Of a stretch of 64,000 nucleotides of DNA, positions 1-9,602 are shown one piece after another. The DNA lies in assembly GCA_965218425.1 (NCBI GenBank), contig OZ244621.1, forward strand, positions 1,472,001-1,536,000, given 5' to 3'. How positions within the stretch are numbered: the first letter of the stretch is position 1; each line of letters begins with the position of its first letter. The notes under the pieces are model-generated. The model did no database searches and was not told the origin of the DNA. It saw only the letters and a list, made by a program, of their open reading frames with translations. The stretch is from an uncultured Candidatus Binatia bacterium (GTDB taxonomy: Bacteria > Desulfobacterota > Binatia > UBA9968 > CAXXLF01). The translations under genes were made by a program, and so were the position numbers.

Positions 1-254
1 TCCTTCAGGCCTTCGATGTGGAAGAGTTTCAACCTCTTCCCGAGTTTCACAAAAAAGTAGGGGAGCTTGTGGCCTTCACCAAATCGAGGAAGCCTGCCCC
101 GGGCTTTAGCGAGATTCTCCTGCCAGGTGAGATGTCTAGAAGCAGAGCTGAGGTTAACCGCAGAGAAGGAGTAGAAATCGATGAGGGTGACTGGGCCAAA
201 CTCCTCAAGTGTGCATCCGATCTCGGTGTCAAAGCCTCACCGAACCCTCTATAA
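1..254 (+). CDS. Ldh_2 (Mdh/AllD/ComC-like) family oxidoreductase, C-terminal part; 5' end outside window
   Basis: Open frame from the window edge ending ...KSRKPAPGFSEILLPGE...RREGVEIDEGDWAKL, typical of the Ldh_2 C-terminus. Confidence 0.7.
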   Translation, partial: LQAFDVEEFQPLPEFHKKVGELVAFTKSRKPAPGFSEILLPGEMSRSRAEVNRREGVEIDEGDWAKLLKCASDLGVKASPNPL

Positions 255-316
255 AGCCGTGAGCTCTTTGCACATCTGATCGCTAACCCTATTTTTCTAA
301 AAATTTAAGCTCACGA

Positions 317-733
317 CTACGCGCGAACCCGCCCGCCGTCGCGTATTCTGTCTCTCTCTTCCGGGCTCAGCTCTTTTATATCCTTACGTAGTTCGAAATT
401 AATATGTTTTACATCCTCGGACTTGCCGGACCGGTGCCCGATAAGATACATGGGGCCATCCCCGGTATTTTCCAGCTGGTAAAAGTCTCCGCCATGAATG
501 AGGGCTATCATACCCGGCTTCATGACGGACTTTCCACCATCGGGGAAGTGCATTGTGCACTCGCCCTCTAAGCAAAAGAAAGTCTGATCGCCGTTGTGGC
601 AGTGCATATCATCCTTGTCTCCCGGGTTGGGATAGCAGTGGAGCCAGGTATGGAACCTCGGGGTGTTGTGAATAACCTCTCTTTTCTTGGTCTCGTGAAG
701 CCTGTCAAGAGCGTGCAAAACCGTGATTGCCAT
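317..733 (-). CDS. Cupin domain protein
   Basis: HCHNGDQTFFCLEGE...MKPG cupin motif 1; GGAGGG RBS upstream. Confidence 0.8.
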   Translation of the reverse strand: MAITVLHALDRLHETKKREVIHNTPRFHTWLHCYPNPGDKDDMHCHNGDQTFFCLEGECTMHFPDGGKSVMKPGMIALIHGGDFYQLENTGDGPMYLIGHRSGKSEDVKHINFELRKDIKELSPEERDRIRDGGRVRA

Positions 734-1173
734 AGTTCCCTCCCTGTTTGGAATTGGTCACCGGCTATACAATACGGTTGCACCTTATCACAGCTACTGC
801 ATGAACTTCAATCGAGTATGAAGTCAACCCGCAATTGCAAAAGTCGTCGTGAGCATTGCCAAATCCTTCCAGTACAGGTTTTATGCTTAAGTTAATTAGG
901 ATGGGCCTCAGTGGTCGTAATCCGAGCTCGAAATCTCCTATTTCGGAGATCACATCAGTGTATAAGGAACTTACAACACGACAGCTTCCTGAGGATCGGA
1001 AGTCACTGAGCTTTAACACCTTTTTTACCTAAGTCAACGCTCCTATCCGCCATGAATCTCGCGCCCAGACGGACTCAAGGAAACTACCATGTCTTCCGGT
1101 CTTGATTAAGCTTCAAACGGAAAACTGAGTTGCGAAGGCCGCCAAAAGGAGCTAATTTGTTGCTCAATGGCAT

Positions 1174-1260
1174 GCCGGAGTGGTGGAACTGGTAGACGCG
1201 CTGGACTCAAAATCCAGTAGGGGCAACCCTGTGGGGGTTCGAGTCCCCCCTCCGGCACCA
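1174..1260 (+). tRNA. tRNA-Leu(CAA)
   Basis: GCCGGAG/CTCCGGC acceptor stem, D-loop TGGTAGAC, anticodon arm CTGGA-CTCAAAA-TCCAG, long variable arm, GGTTCGAGTCC T-arm, encoded CCA. Confidence 0.98.
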
Positions 1261-1455
1261 CCTGAAATCAACCCCTTATACAGTGCGACTAACACCTGTA
1301 TCCTTCCCCTGATAGATGCTCTTACAAGGCCGCTCATGGCGTGTACGATTCGATGATCCCAGTCCGCTCGGTATATGCCAATACCCCTGGCATGTGACAA
1401 CCATTAGATTGACGGGGTCCTCTGATAGTGGCAAAATTTCTTTTCCATCGCCAAA

Positions 1456-1689
1456 ATCCTGGTTTGCAGCGCTGCTTCCGCCAGTATCGTCCTTGCTCTC
1501 TTCATACTCTCTGCCGACATGGTCCATGCGTGGGGAAATACAGCCCACAAAATCATCTGTGAGATTGCATTCAAAGAGTTAAATTCTCACGCCAGGGCTG
1601 AGGTCAAGCGTCTCATTCGGCTTGATCCCGAATTCTCCACCTTAGAGACCTCCGCCTTCTGCGTCGGATGCAATTCGCCTGACGGGTAG
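1456..1689 (+). pseudogene. S1/P1 nuclease N-terminal remnant
   Basis: Signal-peptide-like stretch, then HA/WGNTAHKIICEIAFKEL...AEVKRLI from 1531 (WGxxGH-like motif); stop at 1689; not in the ORF track. Confidence 0.65.
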
Positions 1690-1772
1690 AGGGGTATTTT
1701 TCTATAATGAAACCACATAGCCGCAGGTATTGAATATTGAATAAGGATTCTGCCAATGAGTAAGGTAGACCC

Positions 1773-2887
1773 ATGCTGACCAAGGAAGAGAACGAAATCC
1801 TAACCCGGGTTGGGCACGGTACCCCCGGAGGAGAGTTGCTGAGGCGATACTGGTGGCCAGTGGGTTTTTCCGAAGAGGTCAAGGAAAAAGACCGACCGAG
1901 ACGCGTTCAACTCTTGTGCGAAGATCTGGTCTTATTCCGTGATGGGAACGGCCAATTGGGTGTTTTACAAATAAGCTGTTCCCACCGCGGTGCCTCCTTG
2001 GAGTTCGGGAGGGTTGAGGATCGGGGTATCCGCTGCTGCTACCATGGTTGGCTCTACGCGCCGGACGGTCGGTGCTTGCAACAGCCCGCCGAGCCCGAGA
2101 CAAGCACCTATTGGGATCGCGTCCGGCAGCCCCCCCCAGGGCGGAGGAGTTGGGAGGGCTCATCTTTGCTTATCTTGGGCCAGAACCTGCACCCTTATTG
2201 CCGCGATATGACCTTCTCGTGCTGGAGAACGGTGGCCGTGCGGTGGGCGGCGGTGTGGAACACTGCAATTGGCTGCAACAGGCCGAGAACTCCGTTGATC
2301 AGTCGCATCTCATTGCCCTTCACGCCAGCGCCTATCCGCATCTAGCGCTTAAAAGACCGACACTGGATTGGCAAGAAACCTGGTATGGGATTCGAATCCG
2401 TACACAAATTGACAGCACCAAACCGCCCAAGATTTCTCACTGGGTATTTCCGGCTCACACTCGCCACACCACTGCCCGTAAGGATCGAAAGCCAGACCAT
2501 GCTCTGCGATTTCGCGTGCCTACTAACGACACGAAAACAACCACCTATTGGGTGAAGTTTTATCCTCAGGATCCGCCCGGACTTGAAACCAAAGGTTTAG
2601 CAATGCGGGAAGCCGGGGTTTACAACCGCATTGATGATGGTTGGTGGGGCATCGAATCAGAAGAGCAAGATCGAATGGCACAGGAAAGCCAAGGAGCAAT
2701 TTACGACAGGAGCAACGAACATCTAGCGGCATCGGATCGCGGAATCATCATGGCCCGGGAGATGCTCGCTCAATGCATTGACAGGGTAAGAGAGGGTAAA
2801 GACCCTATCGGTGTCCTACGAGATCCATCCCGAAACGACATCCTAACCTTCGACGCGAGCATGCCAGAAGTGGCAGCGCTCACCTAG
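1773..2887 (+). pseudogene. Rieske non-heme iron oxygenase alpha subunit (phthalate dioxygenase/LigX-like), frameshifted
   Basis: Rieske CSHRG...CCYHG in ORF 1773-2345; ELGGLIFAYLGP, DQSHLIALH and EQDRMAQESQG in ORF 2048-2887; frame switch at the C8 run 2130-2137. Confidence 0.9.
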
Positions 2888-2930
2888 GGTTCTTCTCGAC
2901 CTCCCGATGAATGACTTGCGGTTGACGGCG

Positions 2931-2970
2931 TGCCTAATGCATAGGCAGCATGGCGCATAAACTTTAAGCA
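2931..2970. promoter_or_regulatory. Tandem palindromic enhancer-like sites upstream of sigma-54 promoter 1
   Basis: TGCCTA-ATGCA-TAGGCA (2931-2947) and CGCATA-AACTT-TAAGCA (2954-2970). Confidence 0.7.
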
Positions 2971-3078
2971 ATCATCTCTAGTCTCATAGTCAACCCGTTC
3001 TTCGCCAACGGCCGGATTTTTATCCGCCAGCCGTATGTATGGCATGTGTAATTAACCAGCCGGAACGGTTTGGCTACA

Positions 3079-3094
3079 TGGCATCAAACTTGCT
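3079..3094 (+). promoter_or_regulatory. sigma-54 (-24/-12) promoter of the ANTAR regulator gene
   Basis: TGGCATCAAACTTGCT = GG-N10-GC. Confidence 0.8.
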
Positions 3095-3147
3095 CTGCCA
3101 GCATACTCGTCGGTTAGACCCGTTTTAAATTTGCAAGCCAAGGAGTA

Positions 3148-3747
3148 ATGGCAAAGAGCCATCACATGAAACGACGTGTTCTGTTAATAGACGACCATGC
3201 ACCTTCAAGGTCTCTACTGGCCCAGGCTTTGAACGAAGAAGGGTTCGAAATTGTGGGTGAGGGGTCAAGCGGCCTGTCTTTTTCGTTCTTGGCTAAAGCC
3301 ACGAAACCCGACGCCATCCTGATGGCGGTGGGTCTTGCCGATATGGATGGAATCAGCGCGGCTCGAAAAATTATGGAAGAGAACCCTTTCCCTGTCATAT
3401 TGCTTACCAGCCATTACGAGGAAGAGACCGTTGAGCGAGCCAAAGCGGCAGGGGTAATGGCCTATCTCATTAAACCATTAAGACAAGAGGAACTCCGTCC
3501 CAGCATCGAGATGGCAACATCACGCTACGACGAGTTCCTGTCCCTTAGAAGACAAAATGAAGGCTTGAAGAAAACCTTAGAGGCTCGCAAGGATATCGAT
3601 CGGGCGAAGGGCATCTTGATGAAAAGCCGGGGACTTTCCGAGGCAGAGGCCTTTGCCCTAATTCAGAAGCGGAGCATGGATACCCGCAAGTCCATGGCCG
3701 AAATCGCTCGAGCACTGGTTCTGACAGAGGACATGGCTAGAGACTAG
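3148..3747 (+). CDS. REC-ANTAR RNA-binding antiterminator (NasT/GnfR/PdtaR-like)
   Basis: Receiver domain (IDDH, LLTSH, YLIKP), coiled coil, ANTAR motif RKDIDRAKGILM...LSEAEAF..IQKRSMD. Confidence 0.93.
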   Translation: MAKSHHMKRRVLLIDDHAPSRSLLAQALNEEGFEIVGEGSSGLSFSFLAKATKPDAILMAVGLADMDGISAARKIMEENPFPVILLTSHYEEETVERAKAAGVMAYLIKPLRQEELRPSIEMATSRYDEFLSLRRQNEGLKKTLEARKDIDRAKGILMKSRGLSEAEAFALIQKRSMDTRKSMAEIARALVLTEDMARD

Positions 3748-3809
3748 GGAGTCTCTCATCGTGATTGAAACTGCGTCACAATCAGTCGGAGGGAATTAAT
3801 TTCAAGAAA

Positions 3810-3845
3810 CGCCTAACGATTAGGCAAGCCGTTAAAAAATAGGCA
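3810..3845. promoter_or_regulatory. Tandem palindromic enhancer-like sites upstream of sigma-54 promoter 2
   Basis: CGCCTA-ACGAT-TAGGCA (3810-3826) and CCGTTA-AAAAA-TAGGCA (3829-3845); same motif as at 2931. Confidence 0.7.
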
Positions 3846-3908
3846 GCAATTGAAAGACGCTTACAGTTAAAACTCCCACCGTTGCTAGCTTTTGGTCATC
3901 CGGAGTTA

Positions 3909-3924
3909 TGGCATAACGATTGCA
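3909..3924 (+). promoter_or_regulatory. sigma-54 (-24/-12) promoter of the cyn operon
   Basis: TGGCATAACGATTGCA = GG-N10-GC. Confidence 0.85.
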
Positions 3925-3946
3925 TTTGGACATTTGAGAGTTGACT

Positions 3947-4170
3947 GAAGGCAATGAAGCCTTCCTGGAATGCGAAAGCCCCCACTAACCCAGCGGTTAG
4001 AGCGCTTTTTGGAGATTCTCGGGATCGTTTATCGACGGATTTACGACCGGGATGATCCATGGGCTAGAGGATTTCGAGTCCAATAGTGTTTAAAGAGCCT
4101 TTCGGTTTCATCGTTGCAACCGACGACTGGGCAAAGGCGCCTATATTCTTGAGGATAGGGCGCTTTTTTT
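3947..4170 (+). promoter_or_regulatory. ANTAR-responsive leader (two hexaloop hairpins plus attenuator)
   Basis: GAAGGC-AATGAA-GCCTTC (3947-3964) and GGC-AAAGGC-GCC (4130-4141); both loops have A1/G4. Confidence 0.75.
4137..4170 (+). terminator. Intrinsic terminator (attenuator) in the cynA leader
   Basis: GCGCCTAT...ATAGGGCGC stem followed by T7; its 5' arm overlaps the second ANTAR hairpin. Confidence 0.8.
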
Positions 4171-4201
4171 ATTTCAAAATTTCAGTACGGAGGTAAGAAC
4201 G

Positions 4202-5572
4202 ATGTCAAAAATAGGTTTAGGCGATCCCTTTGATCCCAAAAGCGATCTAACACATGCGGAGCATCATGGTGAGTATGAATCGTCGGATTCCCCGGAGAAC
4301 GGGCCTCAGAGTACGGAGGCGATCATTGATCGAGCCGTGGAGAGCGCCGTTGTGCGTGAGGTCTTTGGTCATGATGAATTGGCCCGACGACAATTTCTCA
4401 AACTTGTTGGCTCCGGCAGTGCCGCGGCAATACTGAGTTCCGTGTTCCCTCTGGCCACAGCAAAGTCCATGGCCCAGGACAAGGTGAAGGGGATCGAGAA
4501 AAAAGACCTGACGGTCGGTTTTATTCCCATTACCTGTGCGACGCCGATCATCATGGCCGAGCCAATGGGTTTCTATAAGAAACACGGGCTCAATGCAAAA
4601 GTACGCAGGGCCGCCGGTTGGGCAATGGTACGCGACTGGGCGATCAATAAAGACGTGGATGCTGCCCATATGCTAAGCCCCATGCCTCTATCCATCACCT
4701 TGGGCGCAGGATCAAAGCAGGTTCCCTACTTCATGCCTGCGGTGGAAAACATCAACGGTCAGGCCATTACGCTCCACAACAAACACAAGGGCGTGAAAAG
4801 CGCCAAGGATATGAAGGGATTTCGCTTCTGCGTCCCCTTTCGCTATTCCATGCATAACTACCTGTTGCGCTACTACCTTGCCGAGGGCGGGATCCACCCC
4901 GATAAAGACGTCCAGATTCGCGTGGTCCCTCCGCCGGAGATGGTGGCAAACTTGAAAGCCGGCAACGTGGACGGCTACCTGGCCCCTGATCCTTTCAATC
5001 AACGGGCCGTGTACGAAAACGCCGGATACATATACCTGCTCTCCAAGGAGATATGGGAAGGGCACCCCTGCTGCGCCTTTGCCATCTCGAAGGAGTTTGC
5101 CTCCACCTATCCCAACACTTTCCAGGCGCTGTTCAAGTCCATTGTCGACGCCACGCATTTCGCTTCCAAACCGGAGAACCGCAAAAGCATCGCCAAGGCC
5201 ATCGCACCAAAGAACTACTTAAATCAGCCTGTAATCGTTTTGGAGCAGGTGCTGACCGGTCGCTACACGGATGGGCTAGGTAATATCAAGAATGTTCCCA
5301 ATCGCATTGATTTCGATCCATTCCCTTGGCACTCCATGGCCGTCTGGATCCTGACCCAGATGAAACGCTGGAAACACGTTGACAGCAACTTTGACTATAG
5401 GAAAGTGGCCGAGCAGGTGTATCTGGCTGCCGAGTGCGACCAAATCTCAAAAGAACAAGGATACGACACCCATGGGAGTACCTACATGAAACACACCCTG
5501 ATGGGTGGCAAGGTGTTTGATCCAACGAAGCCGGAACAATATCTCTCGAGCTTCTCCATAAGCAACATATAG
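4202..5572 (+). CDS. cynA: NrtA/CmpA-family ABC substrate-binding protein, probably cyanate
   Basis: GFIPITCATPIIMA, ENINGQAITL, PPPEMVANL, HPCC motifs; twin-arginine RRQFLK; linked to cynS. Confidence 0.85.
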   Translation: MSKIGLGDPFDPKSDLTHAEHHGEYESSDSPENGPQSTEAIIDRAVESAVVREVFGHDELARRQFLKLVGSGSAAAILSSVFPLATAKSMAQDKVKGIEKKDLTVGFIPITCATPIIMAEPMGFYKKHGLNAKVRRAAGWAMVRDWAINKDVDAAHMLSPMPLSITLGAGSKQVPYFMPAVENINGQAITLHNKHKGVKSAKDMKGFRFCVPFRYSMHNYLLRYYLAEGGIHPDKDVQIRVVPPPEMVANLKAGNVDGYLAPDPFNQRAVYENAGYIYLLSKEIWEGHPCCAFAISKEFASTYPNTFQALFKSIVDATHFASKPENRKSIAKAIAPKNYLNQPVIVLEQVLTGRYTDGLGNIKNVPNRIDFDPFPWHSMAVWILTQMKRWKHVDSNFDYRKVAEQVYLAAECDQISKEQGYDTHGSTYMKHTLMGGKVFDPTKPEQYLSSFSISNI

Positions 5573-5585
5573 GTGTAGTGTAATC

Positions 5586-6485
5586 ATGGCCCAGGGGATC
5601 CTATCGAGGCTCAAAGGGAGAACCAATTCCCTGCTCATCTCTTTCCTGGTAGCGAGTGTGTTCCTGCTCGTGTGGCACCTCGCTACCGTCCGTCCCTCCT
5701 TCAACGCCAAAGGCCTGACGGAGGAGCAGTTAACGACCATGGAGTTTAACGGCGACATCATCCGTAATGCGGATGGGGGCTATGTATACAACCCGGACAA
5801 GGCCAAGGGGCTCGCAGGACCATGGGACGTGGTGAAGAAAGTCGGGGAGGAGTTGTCCAACCCCTTTCACAAGAAGGGAACCAACGATCACGGTATCGGC
5901 CACTTGGTCCGCTACACCGTGACTCGATTTGCCATAGGTTTTCTATCGGCATCGGTACTGGCAGTACTGCTCGGAATGGTGATCGGTCTGTCACCAACCT
6001 TATTCCAGGCGCTGAATCCCTTCATCCAGCTGCTCAAACCCATATCCCCATTGGCTTGGATGCCACTGCTGTTATACACCGTGCAGAACCCAACCATGAC
6101 GGCGGTTCTTGTTGTATTCATGGCGTCGTTGTGGCCCACCGTGGCCAACACCGCCTTCGGCGTGAACTCCATACGAAAGGACTATCTGCAGGTGGCCAGC
6201 CTGCTGCAGTTGTCCTGGTTCCGGCGGGTCATAACCATTGTTCTTCCGGCGACAGCCCCAGCCATTGTGGCCGGGCTTCGCATCTCCTTCGGGAGCGCTT
6301 TGGTTGCCGTCGTCCCTGCCGAGATGCTCTTGGGAGAGCTAGGGGTGGGTTACTTGAGTTGGATTGAATGGAACAACCTGGACATCTCCGGGGTAATGTT
6401 TACGATTCTGGTGGTTGGTGTTGTTGGAGTCATTCTCGACAGTGGTTTTAACCGGCTAGCCAAACTCGTCACCTACGCGGAGTAA
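5586..6485 (+). CDS. cynB: NrtB-family ABC permease
   Basis: LKPISPLAWMPL, GLRISFG...VPAEML; hydrophobic segments. Confidence 0.85.
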   Translation: MAQGILSRLKGRTNSLLISFLVASVFLLVWHLATVRPSFNAKGLTEEQLTTMEFNGDIIRNADGGYVYNPDKAKGLAGPWDVVKKVGEELSNPFHKKGTNDHGIGHLVRYTVTRFAIGFLSASVLAVLLGMVIGLSPTLFQALNPFIQLLKPISPLAWMPLLLYTVQNPTMTAVLVVFMASLWPTVANTAFGVNSIRKDYLQVASLLQLSWFRRVITIVLPATAPAIVAGLRISFGSALVAVVPAEMLLGELGVGYLSWIEWNNLDISGVMFTILVVGVVGVILDSGFNRLAKLVTYAE

Positions 6486-6493
6486 CAATACCC

Positions 6494-7321
6494 ATGAGTG
6501 AATTTCTCGAAATCGATCACGTTAGCAAGTTCTTTTTCAACCCCAACGGGTCCGCCACTTGGTCCGGTCGGCTGGAATCCTTTTGGGTTCTCAAAGACGT
6601 AAACCTGAATATTGCGCGAGGGGAATTCATCACCACCATTGGCCACTCCGGGTGCGGCAAGAGCACTCTGCTCAATATCATGGCAGGCTTCGAAAAGGCC
6701 TCGGGTGGGGGCATCATCCTCGACGGTAGGGAGGTCAACGACCCGGGTCTGGACCGCATGGTGGTGTTCCAGAGTTTCGCCCTTATGCCGTGGTTGACGG
6801 CCCAGGACAACATAAAGATCGCGGTAAAAGCATCTCGCCCTACATGGGGCAAAGCCCAAATTTTTGAGCACACCCAAAAATACATCGACATGATGGGTCT
6901 GAAGGGAGCTGAGACCAAGAAGCCGGCTTTTCTTTCGGGTGGCATGCGCCAGCGCGTGGGGCTGGCACGTGCCTTCGCCGTAGAGCCGAAGATTCTTCTG
7001 CTGGACGAGCCCTTCGCACAAATTGACGCCCTTACCCGGGGGGTCATTCAAGAAGAGCTGGTCCGCATGTGGGATGCAACTCAGAATACCATCTTCATGG
7101 TGACGCACGACGTGGACGAGGCCATTTTGCTCTCGGACCGAATCGCCCTAATGACAAACAGTCCCGAGGCTCATATTGCCGAATGTATTGAGGTCAATAT
7201 CCCGAGGCCCCGCACCCGGGAGTCCATTATTGACATGCCCGAGTATACGAAGCTACGAAACCATGTGCTCCGTTTCCTCATTAGCGGCTCACAGAACGGT
7301 CGCGCAAAAAATCTAAACTAG
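6494..7321 (+). CDS. cynD: NrtD-family ABC ATPase
   Basis: GHSGCGKST, LSGGMRQR, LLLDEPF, VTHDVDEA. Confidence 0.88.
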   Translation: MSEFLEIDHVSKFFFNPNGSATWSGRLESFWVLKDVNLNIARGEFITTIGHSGCGKSTLLNIMAGFEKASGGGIILDGREVNDPGLDRMVVFQSFALMPWLTAQDNIKIAVKASRPTWGKAQIFEHTQKYIDMMGLKGAETKKPAFLSGGMRQRVGLARAFAVEPKILLLDEPFAQIDALTRGVIQEELVRMWDATQNTIFMVTHDVDEAILLSDRIALMTNSPEAHIAECIEVNIPRPRTRESIIDMPEYTKLRNHVLRFLISGSQNGRAKNLN

Positions 7322-7389
7322 CGTAAACCCGATGAACCAGCCACAAAGTATTGAGCTAATTTTTATTTTATTATTAGGAGGTATTCGTT

Positions 7390-7863
7390 ATGGCATTACA
7401 AAAACTCATGACTAGGGAGGAGGCCAAGGATACAATTTTGGCGGCCAAGAAACAGAAGGGGGTTACCTTTCAAGAAATCGCCAAGGCCGTTGGCAGGGAT
7501 AAGGTCTGGGTTACAGCAGCCCTGATGGGTCAGGCGAGTATGGATAAGGCGGAGGCGGAAAAGGCTATCGGCGTCTTGGGCCGGGGTGAGGGCACGGCCT
7601 CGGAGGTTTCTTCGGCCCTGCAGGAAATGCCCATGAAAGGCTCCCTCGACAACACTGTCCCTGTGGATCCTCTTATCTACCGGTTCCACGAAATCACACA
7701 AGTCTATGGTACCTCAATGAAGACTATCATACACGAGATGTTCGGCGACGGTATTATGAGCGCCATTGACTTTGAAATCGATATCCAGAAGAAGGAAGAC
7801 CCCAAAGGAGACCGGGTGGTTGTGAGTTACAGCGGCAAGTTCCTACCCTATAGGAAGTGGTGA
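7390..7863 (+). CDS. cynS: Cyanase (cyanate hydratase)
   Basis: PVDPLIYRFHE, EMFGDGIMSAIDF, GKFLPY. Confidence 0.97.
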   Translation: MALQKLMTREEAKDTILAAKKQKGVTFQEIAKAVGRDKVWVTAALMGQASMDKAEAEKAIGVLGRGEGTASEVSSALQEMPMKGSLDNTVPVDPLIYRFHEITQVYGTSMKTIIHEMFGDGIMSAIDFEIDIQKKEDPKGDRVVVSYSGKFLPYRKW

Positions 7864-7943
7864 CCGTCAGCTCCCATGTTTTCGTCATGTTCCTATGGTC
7901 GAGCCTAACCTGGTCTCCCAAACCATTGGGGGCGGAAATCTAA

Positions 7944-8330
<387 letters not shown>

Positions 8331-8444
8331 AGCGGCATTGAGAATAAAAGGTGTGTTTGGAACAATGCCAGGATGTGCCGATAAAGGATCGCTGTTAGAA
8401 TGACTGGATTCTGGGCGCTGGGTTAATAATAGGCATTTGTGAGT

Positions 8445-9311
8445 TTAGTTTTCAGTCCAAGATGATCGTGGCATAGAGTTTGCTCTCGTAAAATTACCGC
8501 AACCAAAGACGGTCTCGATGTTCTCAAAGACATCCCCTTTACGCCAGCGAAGGATGGGAAACCATCCCGGACGGCGATCGGGACAACGTCGCTTCGGCAG
8601 GAATTTCTTCGCCGCCAGCGCATAGGGCCTTAAGACCACCGGGGATTCCAACGAAGGTATTTCCCCCGTCTTAATGAGTCTTGTAAGCTTTTCGCGTCCA
8701 CCATCCGAAAGGAACCGTGCAAAGTCCTTCCCCAGTACCTCTGCCCCAGAACACTTAAAGACCTTCTCCCCGGCCCTGTTCATCCTCGTTACCCTAAGAT
8801 CACGGTCCGGTTCCATAATAGCGTCCATGGCACTGTCCACGAGCCGGCCGAGTTTTTCCTCACGCTCGCGGACCTCGGACTCCGCACGAAGACGTCGCAA
8901 CTCAGCAGCTGCTCGTGCGGCAAAAATTCGGATGACGGCTAAAGCTCGATGGTTTTCAGGCATGGGCCGCTGATCCAAAACTGTCAGGTGGCCGAGTACC
9001 TTTCCGTCCACACCCAAAAGCGGCGTCCCCATAAAGCTCACCGCCCCAGTCTCCTCCAGGTCATGATCGTCCGGGTAATGAATAATACCGGTGCTTTCAA
9101 CGACTCTCTCGCAAAGCGAGGGCTCGTAGTCGTCGGCGCCCCCATCGAACTCCGTGATCCAGGCCCCATGGGTATTCAAGGCCTTGGTCAGATTTTCCAC
9201 CAAGGCAGTAAAGAATCGCTCTTCTGTCTCGGTTGCGGTGCCCTCCAAGACGGTGCGCAGGGCGGCATTTTCATCAATGGCGCGTGAAGGGACGTGATCT
9301 GGTTTTGCCAT
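8445..9311 (-). pseudogene. Eroded GAF-PAS sensor N-terminus (sigma-54 activator or kinase type), no output domain
   Basis: GAF-like (FFTALVENL...VLGHLTVLD...IFAARAAAEL) plus PAS (LVDSAMDAI...MNRAGEKVF); sequence degenerates after about 8670. Confidence 0.65.
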
Positions 9312-9602
9312 GATTTATACCCTGCACGACATAAGCCGGGTCAAAATATTCTCAAGGCCTTTTTATGGTATCCTCGCCGCCTCGCGTCGTTATTGGGATT
9401 GGACGGTGCGCGGACGCTTGCGTGGGATGGAAGATCCCCGGCCCTTGCGACGGCCGTCCATGAGCGGATAAACCCTACGTGCATGGAAGTGAGGAGAAGG
9501 CTCCCTGAGTGTCCGGAAAACAAGAATTCCCTTGATTTCCGAAGGACAAATGCCTAGGTAACCCTTAGAGACAACCAAAAATATTGAATGGAGGTAGCGC
9601 CT

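Noticed and set aside
3039..3056. Third sigma-54 promoter (TGGCATGTGTAATTAA)
   Set aside because: Has the -24 GG but lacks the -12 GC
4202..7321. Nitrate or bicarbonate transporter (nrtABD/cmpABD) call
   Set aside because: Same family, but direct linkage to cynS and absence of nitrate/nitrite reductase genes favour cyanate; nitrite transport is not excluded
9400..9460. TGGACGGT/GCCGTCCA hairpin with inner GGGAT/ATCCC as an ncRNA
   Set aside because: A single GC-rich stem in decayed spacer DNA with no recognisable motif; could be chance
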